Position numbers and translations under genes: made by a program. Below the pieces are notes generated by a model. The model did not search any database and was not told the origin of the DNA. It was given only the letters and a program-made list of their open reading frames with translations. Below, piece by piece: positions 1-13,985 of a DNA stretch of 60,805 nt. Every line of letters begins with the position of its first letter. Within the stretch, counting starts at the first letter, position 1. This stretch comes from Sphaeroforma arctica JP610 (taxonomy: Eukaryota), in NCBI RefSeq assembly GCF_001186125.1, contig NW_014040490.1, positions 68,362-129,166 of the forward strand. The letters run 5' to 3'.

Positions 1-16
1 ATATATATATATATAC

Positions 17-108
<92 letters not shown>

Positions 109-115
109 GCACTCG

Positions 116-150
<35 letters not shown>

Positions 151-170
151 CTATATATATACAGACATAC

Positions 171-235
<65 letters not shown>

Positions 236-292
236 TGTATCTGTAGACATACAATATATAATAGATATACTCATCCATAGATATATATACGC

Positions 293-343
<51 letters not shown>

Positions 344-383
344 CATATACATAAACATATACATATATATATACATATATATA

Positions 384-447
<64 letters not shown>

Positions 448-490
448 CTTATATATATAAATATATAGGTGAGTATACATATATAGATAA
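1..490. repeat. (TA)n/(CA)n/(TACA)n microsatellite tract in BUB1/MAD3 intron 1
   Basis: Dinucleotide and tetranucleotide runs are directly visible. Confidence 0.97.
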
Positions 491-548
491 TATGTATACA
501 TAGAAAAAGGAAAATACAAAGAAAGGTAGATATTGTACGAGGACTTAC

Positions 549-694
549 TCTTTGATTGCGGTCCGCTCCTGTTGCTGTGTCGTCTTGACGACATCGCTCA
601 CATCACCGAACGTTCGCTCGATTTTTTTGACACAGCGCCCGCCTTTCAGAGGCAGGACATTCTCTTTACTCGATTCCCATGCATCAGTGTCCAT
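549..694 (-). CDS. BUB1/MAD3: First coding exon of a Mad3/BubR1/Bub1-family spindle checkpoint protein; the rest of the gene lies left of the window
   Basis: ATG at 694 reads [48 protein letters not shown], followed by a GTAAGT donor. [15 protein letters not shown] matches the Mad3/BubR1 N-terminal KEN-box motif (WELSKENVQPLRQGR). Confidence 0.85.
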
Positions 695-1695
695 GATGTC
701 TAGTAGACTATTTTAATATATTTGTCGCGTATGCTTGTGACAGTCTTTACTCTACACAGAGCGCCAATTTATACATGAAGTATACATTTAAAATTGACTT
801 CAGTGCAACGACCTGTTCACTACCTATTCAAAGTGGGACGCACCAGACTACAGATGGTTCTTGATCCGCTATTCAGGCTATAACAAATCTCCAGATTAGA
901 AACCTCAGTATAGTGTAAGTGACTTGTTTCTTTCAGAGGCCTCAGAAGTCACAGAGCTACAGACTCGCGCTATATACGCCCTTAAAAATACACTCTAAAA
1001 TACTCTGAACGTAAAATAAATACGCTAAAAAATAATAATTGCTCCAGTGTACCAACTACCCTCAAAATGGACAGTTGAGGAATCGGCGCCAAATGAGAGT
1101 ATGATAAAACTTCGGTACATATTATATATTCCTGAGACTATAAATAGAACACCACTGATTATGGCAGACATTTTATAAAAAAGAGAGAGATTATTGCCGT
1201 GCCTGTCCAGCAGGGGCCCAGGGGTCATCCAGTCTCCAGACCTCCAGTGTCCGACAACCTATTCACACATAAATATTTAAAGTTGTAAATATTATAAAAT
1301 ATTGACACACACATAGAATAGAGGAGGTGCAACCTGTTTAGCGACAAGGATTTCAAATTGGTCACGTTGCCGTAAATATCGGATGAGCATAAGTTTTAGA
1401 GAAAAAACGAGATAGGTAGGAATATTCTATCTAACCGCCCTTATATGTTTTAGGTCTTGTTGACAGTTTACTATTATATTGTACGTGTTTGCCATGATTA
1501 TTTGTGATTGTGTGCGTCCCTGTATTGTGTACGTCTATGTAAGTGTACGATCCGGAAGTTGGGTATAATTATGAGGCGTGCTTATCCCTGACTCTCTGTG
1601 TTTCGATAAGCATCAATTTCACTTAATCTTACGTATCATAATATACATTCATTACACACACACACACACGCACACACACAACACACACACACACA

Positions 1696-2655
1696 NNNNN
1701 NNNNNNNNNNNNNNNNNNNNNNNNNNNNNNNNNNNNNNNNNNNNNNNNNNNNNNNNNNNNNNNNNNNNNNNNNNNNNNNNNNNNNNNNNNNNNNNNNNNN
1801 NNNNNNNNNNNNNNNNNNNNNNNNNNNNNNNNNNNNNNNNNNNNNNNNNNNNNNNNNNNNNNNNNNNNNNNNNNNNNNNNNNNNNNNNNNNNNNNNNNNN
1901 NNNNNNNNNNNNNNNNNNNNNNNNNNNNNNNNNNNNNNNNNNNNNNNNNNNNNNNNNNNNNNNNNNNNNNNNNNNNNNNNNNNNNNNNNNNNNNNNNNNN
2001 NNNNNNNNNNNNNNNNNNNNNNNNNNNNNNNNNNNNNNNNNNNNNNNNNNNNNNNNNNNNNNNNNNNNNNNNNNNNNNNNNNNNNNNNNNNNNNNNNNNN
2101 NNNNNNNNNNNNNNNNNNNNNNNNNNNNNNNNNNNNNNNNNNNNNNNNNNNNNNNNNNNNNNNNNNNNNNNNNNNNNNNNNNNNNNNNNNNNNNNNNNNN
2201 NNNNNNNNNNNNNNNNNNNNNNNNNNNNNNNNNNNNNNNNNNNNNNNNNNNNNNNNNNNNNNNNNNNNNNNNNNNNNNNNNNNNNNNNNNNNNNNNNNNN
2301 NNNNNNNNNNNNNNNNNNNNNNNNNNNNNNNNNNNNNNNNNNNNNNNNNNNNNNNNNNNNNNNNNNNNNNNNNNNNNNNNNNNNNNNNNNNNNNNNNNNN
2401 NNNNNNNNNNNNNNNNNNNNNNNNNNNNNNNNNNNNNNNNNNNNNNNNNNNNNNNNNNNNNNNNNNNNNNNNNNNNNNNNNNNNNNNNNNNNNNNNNNNN
2501 NNNNNNNNNNNNNNNNNNNNNNNNNNNNNNNNNNNNNNNNNNNNNNNNNNNNNNNNNNNNNNNNNNNNNNNNNNNNNNNNNNNNNNNNNNNNNNNNNNNN
2601 NNNNNNNNNNNNNNNNNNNNNNNNNNNNNNNNNNNNNNNNNNNNNNNNNNNNNNN
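1696..2655. other. Assembly gap (N run) following a (CA)n tract; may hide upstream exon(s) of the NDUFB2-like gene
   Basis: Run of N, preceded by (CA)n at ~1655-1695. Confidence 0.97.
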
Positions 2656-3168
2656 TATAACATAAAATCACGTATTGTTTTATATGGCAAGTTTGTGCGG
2701 TATATCTGCATATTTTCTGAACAAGTTGCAAAGCGACATACACATCCGCTCTGATCAATAAATAGAAAATATTAAGACTGCTGTATACAACTTCATATCT
2801 ATTGGAGAGTGTATCCATGGTTGCTGTATTACTTACATGGCCTTATGTGCATCTGAGTATTCATCTGTACTTCTACGTATGACATCCATACTTAACAATC
2901 CGGAAATCTCATGTCTAGGTGATGCACAGTTAAACATCCACCAACTCGCAAATAGCATGTCTAGGTGATATACAGTAACATGTCCAATGTATTATAAGAG
3001 TGATATGCATTTTCTTATATGTTTATCAAATTCGAAAGATCTAAAAGTATATTTTGCATGTGTTGTATACATAGTCGTATGTATTCTGTAAGCACGCACG
3101 ATCTCGGATGCTATCGCAAGGCACGGTCAATTAACAGCTCACATCTAACTCCACCGTTTTTCCAACAG

Positions 3169-3228
3169 GGATTTTCACATCCTTGGGACCACCATGGTCA
3201 CGGCGATCACGGCGATGAGAAACACTAG
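3169..3228 (+). CDS. Probable terminal exon of a small protein, NDUFB2/AGGG-like complex I accessory subunit
   Basis: CTAAC branch point at ~3145 and CAG acceptor at 3166-3168, then GFSHPWDHHGHGDHGDEKH*. This resembles the G-W/F-x-HPWD/E-H plus His-rich C-terminus of fungal/plant NDUFB2. Upstream exons were not found and may lie in the gap. Confidence 0.5.
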   Translation, partial: GFSHPWDHHGHGDHGDEKH

Positions 3229-4489
3229 TATATACATTCAGCGATCTGAAAGGAGGGATATGTTTGCAGCCCTCCATTTATTCCATTACAAGTGGTCAGA
3301 AGCCTGGCTAAATGGATCGACGCTTATCGCCGACATCACCTCCCGCTCTATCTGCCTTTGGACTAGAAGCTCGCTGTAATGATTAAATGCGACCACTTCG
3401 TTTGTTTAAAGTTTATGTTACTCAAAGTTCCCTCAGGTTTGTCCACTGAACAAAAAGCGGTAGTCTGCATATTCTCATGGAGATGCATTTAGCAAGCGCT
3501 TAGAGATTGCCTGCGAGCGCATATGATGCATCTGAGGTTTAGCAAACTATCGCGGTGTCTTTCTCTTTATCGCAAATATCGATCTCTGTCTCCATATCCA
3601 TCGCATGGAATTCTGTCAACCAACCAGATAACTATTGCTTGCTAGCACAGTGCAGCCCGGCTGTCTTCCAGTGTTCTTGCCTTGCTCCTCTGCCAGAAGC
3701 TAGCAAATTTTAAATTGTCACGCATACAAATCGGTGAAATTTAGATGTTTGCATTGGAAAGCCATTCATGTATTCTACATCGCCAATACCACCCTGAGCG
3801 ATAATGAACTAACACTGTGCGCCAGCCTACCAACCCTACGATTTCTACAAACCACACTGTTAAGCTCATAGTCGACCCCCACCGACTATGCTGCTCCTGA
3901 TACACATAACAAAGATTAACCCGAACATATCTTTCATGAACTAAATTCCTGCCGAGCTCAGTTCACCGTCTTATCCTATGCCCCTCCTTATGTATAGACT
4001 CGAGTTTGTAACCGCGCGTGCGATTGAAGTAGTTGTGCTTGACATACAGTACGTTTCGTCGCTAATGTGCCATATTGGGTGTTTTGTGATACTTCTAGCT
4101 CATTGCTCTTCACATGTGGCATGAGATCTCCACGCCTCCACATTACCCTTTTAGGTAAATGCTGGGAATGGATGTAGTCTGCTACGAGCGTAAACCACTA
4201 GTTGCAAGGTCCCGCCGAAACTACAGCTCGCCCATGCTTGAAGACCATTGTGTTGCCGCTGCACGCACAGTTCAATAATATTTGACACCGAGTCTAACTT
4301 CCCGGCTTCTCAACTTCATGTACGTCTAATAATATACATTTACGAAGGATACCGGTGTTTACGGGATTGCTTTGAAGGTCAAAGGTATTCACCCGAGCTA
4401 TGTTGATTTCCATTGTCTGACCGCCAAACTACCTTGTCTCGATTGTCGTTGCACGCCGAGGAATAGTCGCTAATGATTGTGTTCACAGC

Positions 4490-5246
4490 TCAAAGAAGGC
4501 TCTGTTCGAACATGATTCGGCTGTATCCCCTGGGCGGCGGGTGTGCGAAGTTTGTGAACTCGCAATCCAGCACAGCACCGTTGTCAACTAGGGAGGTGAC
4601 GTGGAGGGTAAGAGAGAATGGCGGGCACATTAGAGGTCCTGAAAACTATATGACATCATGTAATGCGCTTCTTTTAAAAGAGGCTGGCTATACAGGCTCA
4701 AAGAATCATACGAGGATGATTTTTCGTGTATTGCGGAGCGATTTGTGTAGCAAAGTAGAAGACCAAACGTGTAATGTATGTCTCTAAGATATATAACATG
4801 TATTGCACGCGTGCCAATACTCACCGTATACAGAGGGGTACACTTTACCCCTGACGGTCATCACCGAGCACTCCAACTGCTTTCCGTTGATGTAGAAATG
4901 TAAGTCAACGTGATCGTAAGAGCATCCCTGCAGAGCGTTATATATACGAGTAAGTATAAATGCACTAGGACTAGGTATGACGCTGTGCTGTACCGTTGTT
5001 GTAATGTAATAAGAGTATGGAATAACACAAAGACACATTTTCAGGCACGACGAACGTGTAAATCACTCAAGAATACTCAGCTCAATTCGGTAAACGAAAA
5101 TTAAAATATGTAATAAAACAGCCAAAATTCGATAGTGTCAGAATGGTCACGATGAAGAAGCTCAGCATCACCTTCTCAAATAGAGATATGTACATCATCA
5201 AACATGCCTCGCTAGTGGAATTTGCGCAACGGCTGATACACTCAGG

Positions 5247-5286
<40 letters not shown>

Positions 5287-6885
5287 ACATCTACATACTC
5301 GAAGTTATGTGGGCACCACAGGCTATTGTATGCCTAATATGCATTTATGCACCTGTACACATATACTCATGCACATCTATCGACATACACAGCCGAGAGT
5401 GATTATATGGCCATAAGTACACATCAGCATTCACAAAAACCCAGTGGACACGCACGAGGAGTATAAATACATTACTATGTGTTCACAAAATAGACACAGT
5501 AAAGCATTAAATTCCTAGCATTGACAGATCAATACTAGATAGACATATTCGAACCCTATTCCACACAATCAACCTATACGATACCGACACCCATGTATAC
5601 GAATAGATACACACTACAAACACTTCATCCATCAGAAATATGCATCTACATTTCGACCAGTTGCAATTATACAGAAAACATACTATTACGTCGCCCTCTT
5701 TAACGGCAATTTTGTCAGCATATTGTGTGTACGCTTCGCCGCAGTGATAGATCTCTCCATCGTTCCTAAATACCCAGCTTTGATTCCCTTGTCCAAGAGG
5801 AACAGATTTGAGATCCTCTGTTCGAAGTGACACTCCCAGCCCCCATGATCCTGGTTTGTGGGCGATTGAATCGATCGAAGTGAGCTCTCAAAAAGCAAAA
5901 ACTCTCGCGATATACACAGGTGACAGATGTCACTAAGGTGCATCTGACATGGTGGTGTTGAATATAAGCCTGCGCTTTTATATACAAACCCGATTGTTCA
6001 GGTATCACTTCGAAGTTCAAAACCAACTCTGTCATACGTGAGTAGAAATCGACACTTATGAGATACACGCCCTAAATGTATGATAATTCCAAGAAAACTG
6101 TTCTTCGCGTCTACGCACGCGTATTTCATGGCTACAACAATCAGTGATCAACCGCACCAAGTGCCGCTAAAGGTATCGCAAGCATAGCTTAGAGCCAGGG
6201 AACTCGTTTAATGGTAAGAAACATAGAGTTATTGGCAGTTAAAGATCCTGCGCATTGGAACTTAAACACAACAGCACACACATACACAACATTTTTAATG
6301 GCAACGTAATCCAGTATGTGAGACGGTACATTTGAGAGCTATAGGGAATTATCCCACATACCTCCAGATTTAACCTTGACTTCCCAGTAGCTTTGGTCCT
6401 GCACAAGCGGACCGTTGGCCAAAGCAGCGCCTCTGCCCCTGACACATAGCCCTCCGTCGACCACGACGTTAGGACCTGCAAAGATGCGTGTAATCTATGT
6501 TCATGAGCACGTTGTATAATTCGACGAGAAAAGCATGCGGTACGAACAGTACGCAAACATTTCGTGGGTGGTTGGTATGCAAGCAATATTTAATGGATAG
6601 ACTATGTCGTACTAGGCTCACATTAGCTTGTCGTATTTTGCATACTGTATGAGTACACCTGCATACTGTATGAGTACACCTGCATACTGTATGAGTACAC
6701 CTGCATACTGTATGAGTACACCTGCATATTGTTTTGTACGTTATGCCATTATACGCTCACAAAGACTGACTATGTTTCTCACACATATTACCTTTGTAAT
6801 TTTCATCAATGAGCACTTTTGGCAGGGCTTCCATGCGCATGCGTTCTTCTTCCTCTTCTGAGGGCCTACCGCAGCATATTCCCAT
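4490..6885 (-). CDS. SPRYD7: SPRY domain-containing protein 7 (5 exons: 6885-6792, 6475-6362, 5850-5684, 4927-4825, 4587-4490)
   Basis: Spliced protein MGICCGRPSEE...LANGPLVQDQSYWEVKVKSGGSWGLGV...WVFRNDGEIYH...EGDVIGCSYDHVDLHFYINGK...RGKVYPSVYVDNGAVLDCEFTNFAHPPPRGYSRIMFEQSLL* is colinear with SPRYD7. All introns are GT-AG and phase-consistent. Confidence 0.93.
6640..6728. repeat. 21-bp minisatellite (GCATACTGTATGAGTACACCT) x4 plus partial, in SPRYD7 intron 1
   Basis: Four exact tandem units start at 6640, 6661, 6682 and 6703. Confidence 0.95.
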
Positions 6886-7497
6886 CGTTTACTATTTTAG
6901 CTTATTATTCTTTGTTGTGAAGCTTGTAAACACTGTGCGTATCTAATTTGTAGTGAATCGTTACACATTCCACGTATTGTCCTTGCAGAGTTTTTAAAAA
7001 AAAATATATGAAAATATGTATTTATCATAAACAAGAATGTAATCACTTTATTACTCATAAGTGATCCACACGATAGATTGATAATTTTCGCTTTTTATTC
7101 CGCAGTGCGACATACATAGGCTTCAGGCCTGCACCTGTTCAGACACTGGCAGACTGCCACAGCTCACTGAGTACAACAGCAGTGTATATATCGGCCAGCA
7201 GTCTAGCACTCCCAGGCCGGCAGGTGGTCGCAGGCCTCATTATTAGTTCAGAATTGCAACTTTCGTGTGCTGTTCGTCTGAGACTGAGGTCAAGGTAGAC
7301 AATCGCAGGATATACCTCTCCCCGTTAAACATATATACACTGCTGGTGTTTAATCTTCTTCTACACACTGATACGGTTGACAATACCAACCGAGGTATTG
7401 CACACTTTTCACGGGTGCTTTTCATGTTTATAGTAGAATGCTGCTCACAATGTAATTTCGTTTGGATTCGACGAGAGCTGTGTATATATAGTCTTAA

Positions 7498-10400
7498 ATG
7501 GAGATTTGTGGGAACAAGTAAGTATCTTCGCCATTCCCCTGAAAGCTTATCCATATATTTATAAAACTGTCGTCGAGAGATCCCAAGTTGCTGTTCATAT
7601 TACACTGACAAGTTGCGTGCTGTATGAGACTTGGTAAAAACAATTTTAAAATAAAACGTACAAGTAAAAGTCACATTCGACTGCTACATAGCCAGAACTA
7701 CACCACTGATCACAGATTCGCATAGTCTTGCGACAATATAAATAATACTGACGTACTTAAGCCAGTCGAATATTACGCACGACTTTACTAAAATTCCTTC
7801 AAAGTCAATAGGAGTCTTTTGCAACGTTCTATTCATCCGCACGGGTACATAACATACAACTTCGGCTAGTCGTATCTGATGGTAGCGAATGCATAATATA
7901 AAAAATATATTCGTTTCTGTAGATGGCTTGTGTGTTTTAACCTGTTCTTATCAATATTGGGACATACGCCAACGCCGGCTTTTTACAATTCATCAGTATG
8001 AAGCTGAAGCCTGAGATGGAGTGCGATGTTGCACAGTACATCGTGACGAGCTCTCACAACAAACTGCAAGAACGACGCGAGGGCATCAACTGCACAAAGG
8101 AAGTCTTCATCCCTGAATGCGCAGGTTGGCTCTTAACGTATAGATTAAATTTTCGATATTCGATTTTGTGTAAGTGTAGAGGATTGTGATGATAGCTTAC
8201 TGTGTTCCTGTGAGTTACTGCTGGTGTGTATATATTCAGGCATGTTTGCAATTTATTTCGGTTGCTCGAAATGACCAGAATTCTCATCAAGGGATAGTAC
8301 TCAGCAGCACCTGTATTGGTTTTTAAAAATAGGTATGTTTTATGGAGACTTGCGTCCTGCAATAATCAGAACACTACAGGTCTGTACCATTACACTCGAC
8401 CGGATACTGTTGATTCTTTGGCATTTGTCTGGAAGCACGCATATGGTACTCTACAGGTGGAGGCCACATATCATTGAATACTGTCTGCGATTGTGTTGCA
8501 GATTACATCTTTCGCCTTTGTGATGAACTTGGGCGTTCAGAAGCCTCCTTCCATGGTAAGAATCGTGCCACAAGGCACCTTTTGGGCTTCGTTAGGACTT
8601 TTGCCCGGTGCGATTCGAATAAATTGCAAACTTCATTATCTTCAGTGGAGCATGGGACGATTTGTTTTGAAGTGTCGATGATATGTGTGGGATGTGCAGT
8701 TACAAACGAACTGAGGCGGCGCAGTGCGATCTTCAGTCTCCGTATATGTATTCATAGCGGTAACACTCTATTCGCTGTTGTTTCTGAATTGAGTCGGCGC
8801 ACAGTCGCGTCGTATCACGTGATATCACAATATTCCATCACAAATGTGTTTATGTACTAGTCCGGTCTATTATGTTCAAATCGCTTCCCAGTTATACCAG
8901 TGTCTATATACATCGCTTCAACAAGATGCACTAACTGTATGCTCAGCGATTTTGGTATTTCGTGACACTGCTTTACGCAGATTTGAAGTAAAACACCCAC
9001 AGTGCAGCACAACTGCCGAGGTCCAGAGTTATGATTCAGAGCTTCGCATGTACTATCGCATGCATATCCTTGATCTTGTATGACTAGTCAAGACCGCCAA
9101 TCGTGGATCACCATCGCGTATATCACATGAATTGCTATTATAGCATTATGTTGTTCAGCGCTTCCATCGAGAAAAGAGTACACGGCCGTTCGAGATCAGC
9201 ACTTGCGATGTGTGTGGGCCCTGGCAGGGTTCACAAGGCGTATGAAAGCTTACCATACTGTGAAGCCATAGAATACACACACCACATGTGCACAGCGACG
9301 TGAGACTATTCCGTGTGGCATATGGCCCTGATATGTGGTCACTAATCGTCCCAATTAGCGCTTCATTTATTCTCGAAATATACGGCCATGAAGATCAACA
9401 ATCGCCTGCGAACCGGTCAGGAGGTCCTAGACCAGAAACAGTAAGCGGGTGTACCTGTTGTTTGTCTTGGTCGGCTGTGACGTTTGACCAATCCCATCCT
9501 ATAGTGAAACGCACTACACTGTGCAGGCTTTGATGCTTATGATGATTCATATTAGCACGCGCATTAAATTTGTATGTTATTTTGTTGTTTTTGCGTGACC
9601 TACACTTGTGGGTGACATATCCATATTATACTTAAGGCAACTGCAGGAGCTCACAATGGGTGCGATTTGCTGTGTGCGGATTGCTGCGAAGGTAAGTCCG
9701 TGTTCGACAACGTACGTGACTACGAAACCTCCAGTGGAAATGGATCAGAATTACGAAGGTTGATATATACGTCCAACTGTTTTACAATGTAATAGTTTAA
9801 CTTCCGACTGACGACTATACGATGTTGCCTGTTTCCGCAACGACTTTTGCCGACGTTTCGCAGCTGTCGTCGTCCGAGCCTTTGCGAGCGAGAGGCAAAG
9901 AGCCTATCTTCAACTCAAAACACCACTCAGCCATCGGGGGACAGTTACTGCAGGTACCAATTTACTTAATGTCGACTGTTGTCATTACCAGAAATGGTTA
10001 TGTAACTTTTTTTCGAAAGCACTTGAATATAATAGTAGGATCAAACTCGCGAATCACTAAGTGCAATGATCGAACGCAGACAAGTGTAAGATTTTTACGC
10101 CAGCACGTACTAGTCTTATAGGATACTGTGGATCATCGTCACGACTACTGGGTACAGGAGTATTCTAGAGGCTTGCCACTACTCATACGTCCTTGCAGAT
10201 CTGTATGTCTTAAAAACTTGGATACTTATCCAACTACTTGCTTGGACTGCCTTAACTTATCAAACTACTAAACCGGAATCATACCTAGCTATCGGCGATC
10301 AACTCGATCTGGATACATGGAAATATATTGTCCGGAATATTAGTCTGAGGTCAGACCACTGCACAGCTATATAATAGCTCGAGGTGAATGTACTCGACAT

Positions 10401-11516
10401 CAGTTGTACAATGACATTATTCAGATTCACAAGCATATCAACGAGGTCTTTAAATTACAATCGGCCTACAGCTAGCATGCAGATTGCACCAATAGGTAAA
10501 GGAAAAAATCGCTAAGAATCAGTATCTCTTTTGCTCCACACCCAGTCGGAGGTGAACGTTCTCCAAACGATCGATTATGAGACGACATACACAACAAACT
10601 ATGATGTGATGCAGTTTCTTCTCGCTTCTTTCAGGTATAGCACAGCAAACAGCACACCGAACAACGCAATTCATTGTAGTGACAGTAGTGGGTAATATAT
10701 ACAAGGATATACACATAGGCTTGTATCGCTATTCGTCATGTTTGCATCTACCACTGCTGTTGAATTATGACTTAATGCCTGATCTGAAATGTACGCTCAA
10801 GGCCTTCGCAAACGGCAGAGGAACGGATGGCCATGGGAGCACACTGCGAAGACCTTCTTGAGCTGGCCATGTTCACGAGCGGCTATTTCAGGTGTGCGTG
10901 ACACTAATAAATCATACTTGAATAGTCTGGGGGTACCTGTATTGAGTAAATATATTATTATCCGAGCTTGCATGATGTGGTCCACGACAGCTACTAGAGC
11001 TCTTTCGGCAGAGACATCGTGAGCCCTGAGCGATCATATCCATTCTCCCCTACTTTGAGGACCTTCTGAGTGCTTTTGACACAAAATGAGCTCACTCAAC
11101 CTAACCTTGATGTCATGTTAGTACGCCTGGGGCGTGTGCCGCTGGAGTGATTGCTGTAGCAGAATATCTCTCTCCTAGAAGCGCGGACTCGGATAGTACG
11201 GTCGCCATATGTGAGTTCTTTTATTCACAGATATGTTTGTACTGATCCGGACGATGTTTACCGTCGTAAATACGGCAGTGCTGCTACGTTGAACTACGCT
11301 GCTTTCAATACATTTGCCACCTCCAATATAGGTTTAGTGAGTTTTCACAGTATATCCCTGATTCGATATTCTCTAATTTCAAAAGAAACTTAGTGCATTG
11401 CTTTGCTGATGTGTATGGCAGTGATGCAGCTGGCCGGCTATGCGAAGGGTGATATCGAGCTATGTGCTGTGCAGCTCATCGACTACTTAAGCAGTGCATA
11501 CCGAGCAACAAACTGA
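7498..11516 (+). CDS. CNTD1: Divergent cyclin-fold protein, CNTD1/COSA-1-like (exons 7498-7517, 7812-7844, 7997-8124, 8502-8555, [8758-8776], 8981-~9020/9049, [optional ~9159-9440], 9647-9691, 9864-9953, 10546-10634, 10802-10891, 11122-11210, 11422-11516)
   Basis: Spliced segments PECADYIFRLCDEL, ELTMGAICCVRIAAKLSS, QLLQSEVNVLQTIDYETTYTTNYDVMQFLL, GAHCEDLLELAM, CAAGVIAVAEYL and LMQLAGYAKGDIELCAVQLI align in order with recalled CNTD1 blocks (EPQIVEFVFLLSEQ, SCVQLASKLS, ELLESELDVLKSLNF, HATCLTLLDLVY, LAVGIIAASAFI). Middle exons are uncertain. Confidence 0.72.
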
Positions 11517-11825
11517 TCTAGTGGTTCTATGTTTAGGCACCAACTACCTACTGCAACGAGTGATTGCTACTTACTTCGATGAACGATAGATATCCGGTCA
11601 TTTTGAACTAAATTTGGCTTTAAAACCTTCAGTCTGCTCTGTACTCGCTCTTCGTTTATGTACTGTTCTTAATATATTTAGTAGAAGCAATGCAAAGCTG
11701 CGGTTGCATGCTTGACTGTAGTTTGCATGCATCGGCGGTGACCTCGTTGCAAAAGTTTGGCCTATGTTCATTGAATGGAAAGTTTTGGAAGCGTTTGACA
11801 CTGCAGTATTTGGGTTAGTCGCGAT

Positions 11826-13985
<2,160 letters not shown>

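Noticed and set aside
19..503. YIYI/HTHT/VCVC ORFs here and at ~27941-28663, 34623-35033, 42280-42802 and 54579-55248
   Set aside because: These are translations of (TA)n/(CA)n microsatellites inside introns, not proteins.
1578..2818. Long ORFs of 360-388 aa (and 150-240 aa ORFs at 50628-51369)
   Set aside because: They are open only because they cross N gaps.
3230..4480. Possible extra gene between the NDUFB2-like exon and SPRYD7
   Set aside because: No phase-consistent exon chain or recognisable motif was found; it is treated as UTR or intergenic.
6640..6728. 21-bp repeats as a possible CRISPR array
   Set aside because: The units are head-to-tail with no spacers, lie in a eukaryotic intron, and no cas genes are present.
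10802..11090. Apparent in-frame TGA codons (RRPS*AGH, REP*AIIS) suggesting selenocysteine or recoding
   Set aside because: The CNTD1-like reading frame is a different one (PSQTAEERMAMGAHCEDLL), and 10892-11121 is intronic. TGA serves as a normal stop in CNOT3, SPRYD7 and GOLPH3.
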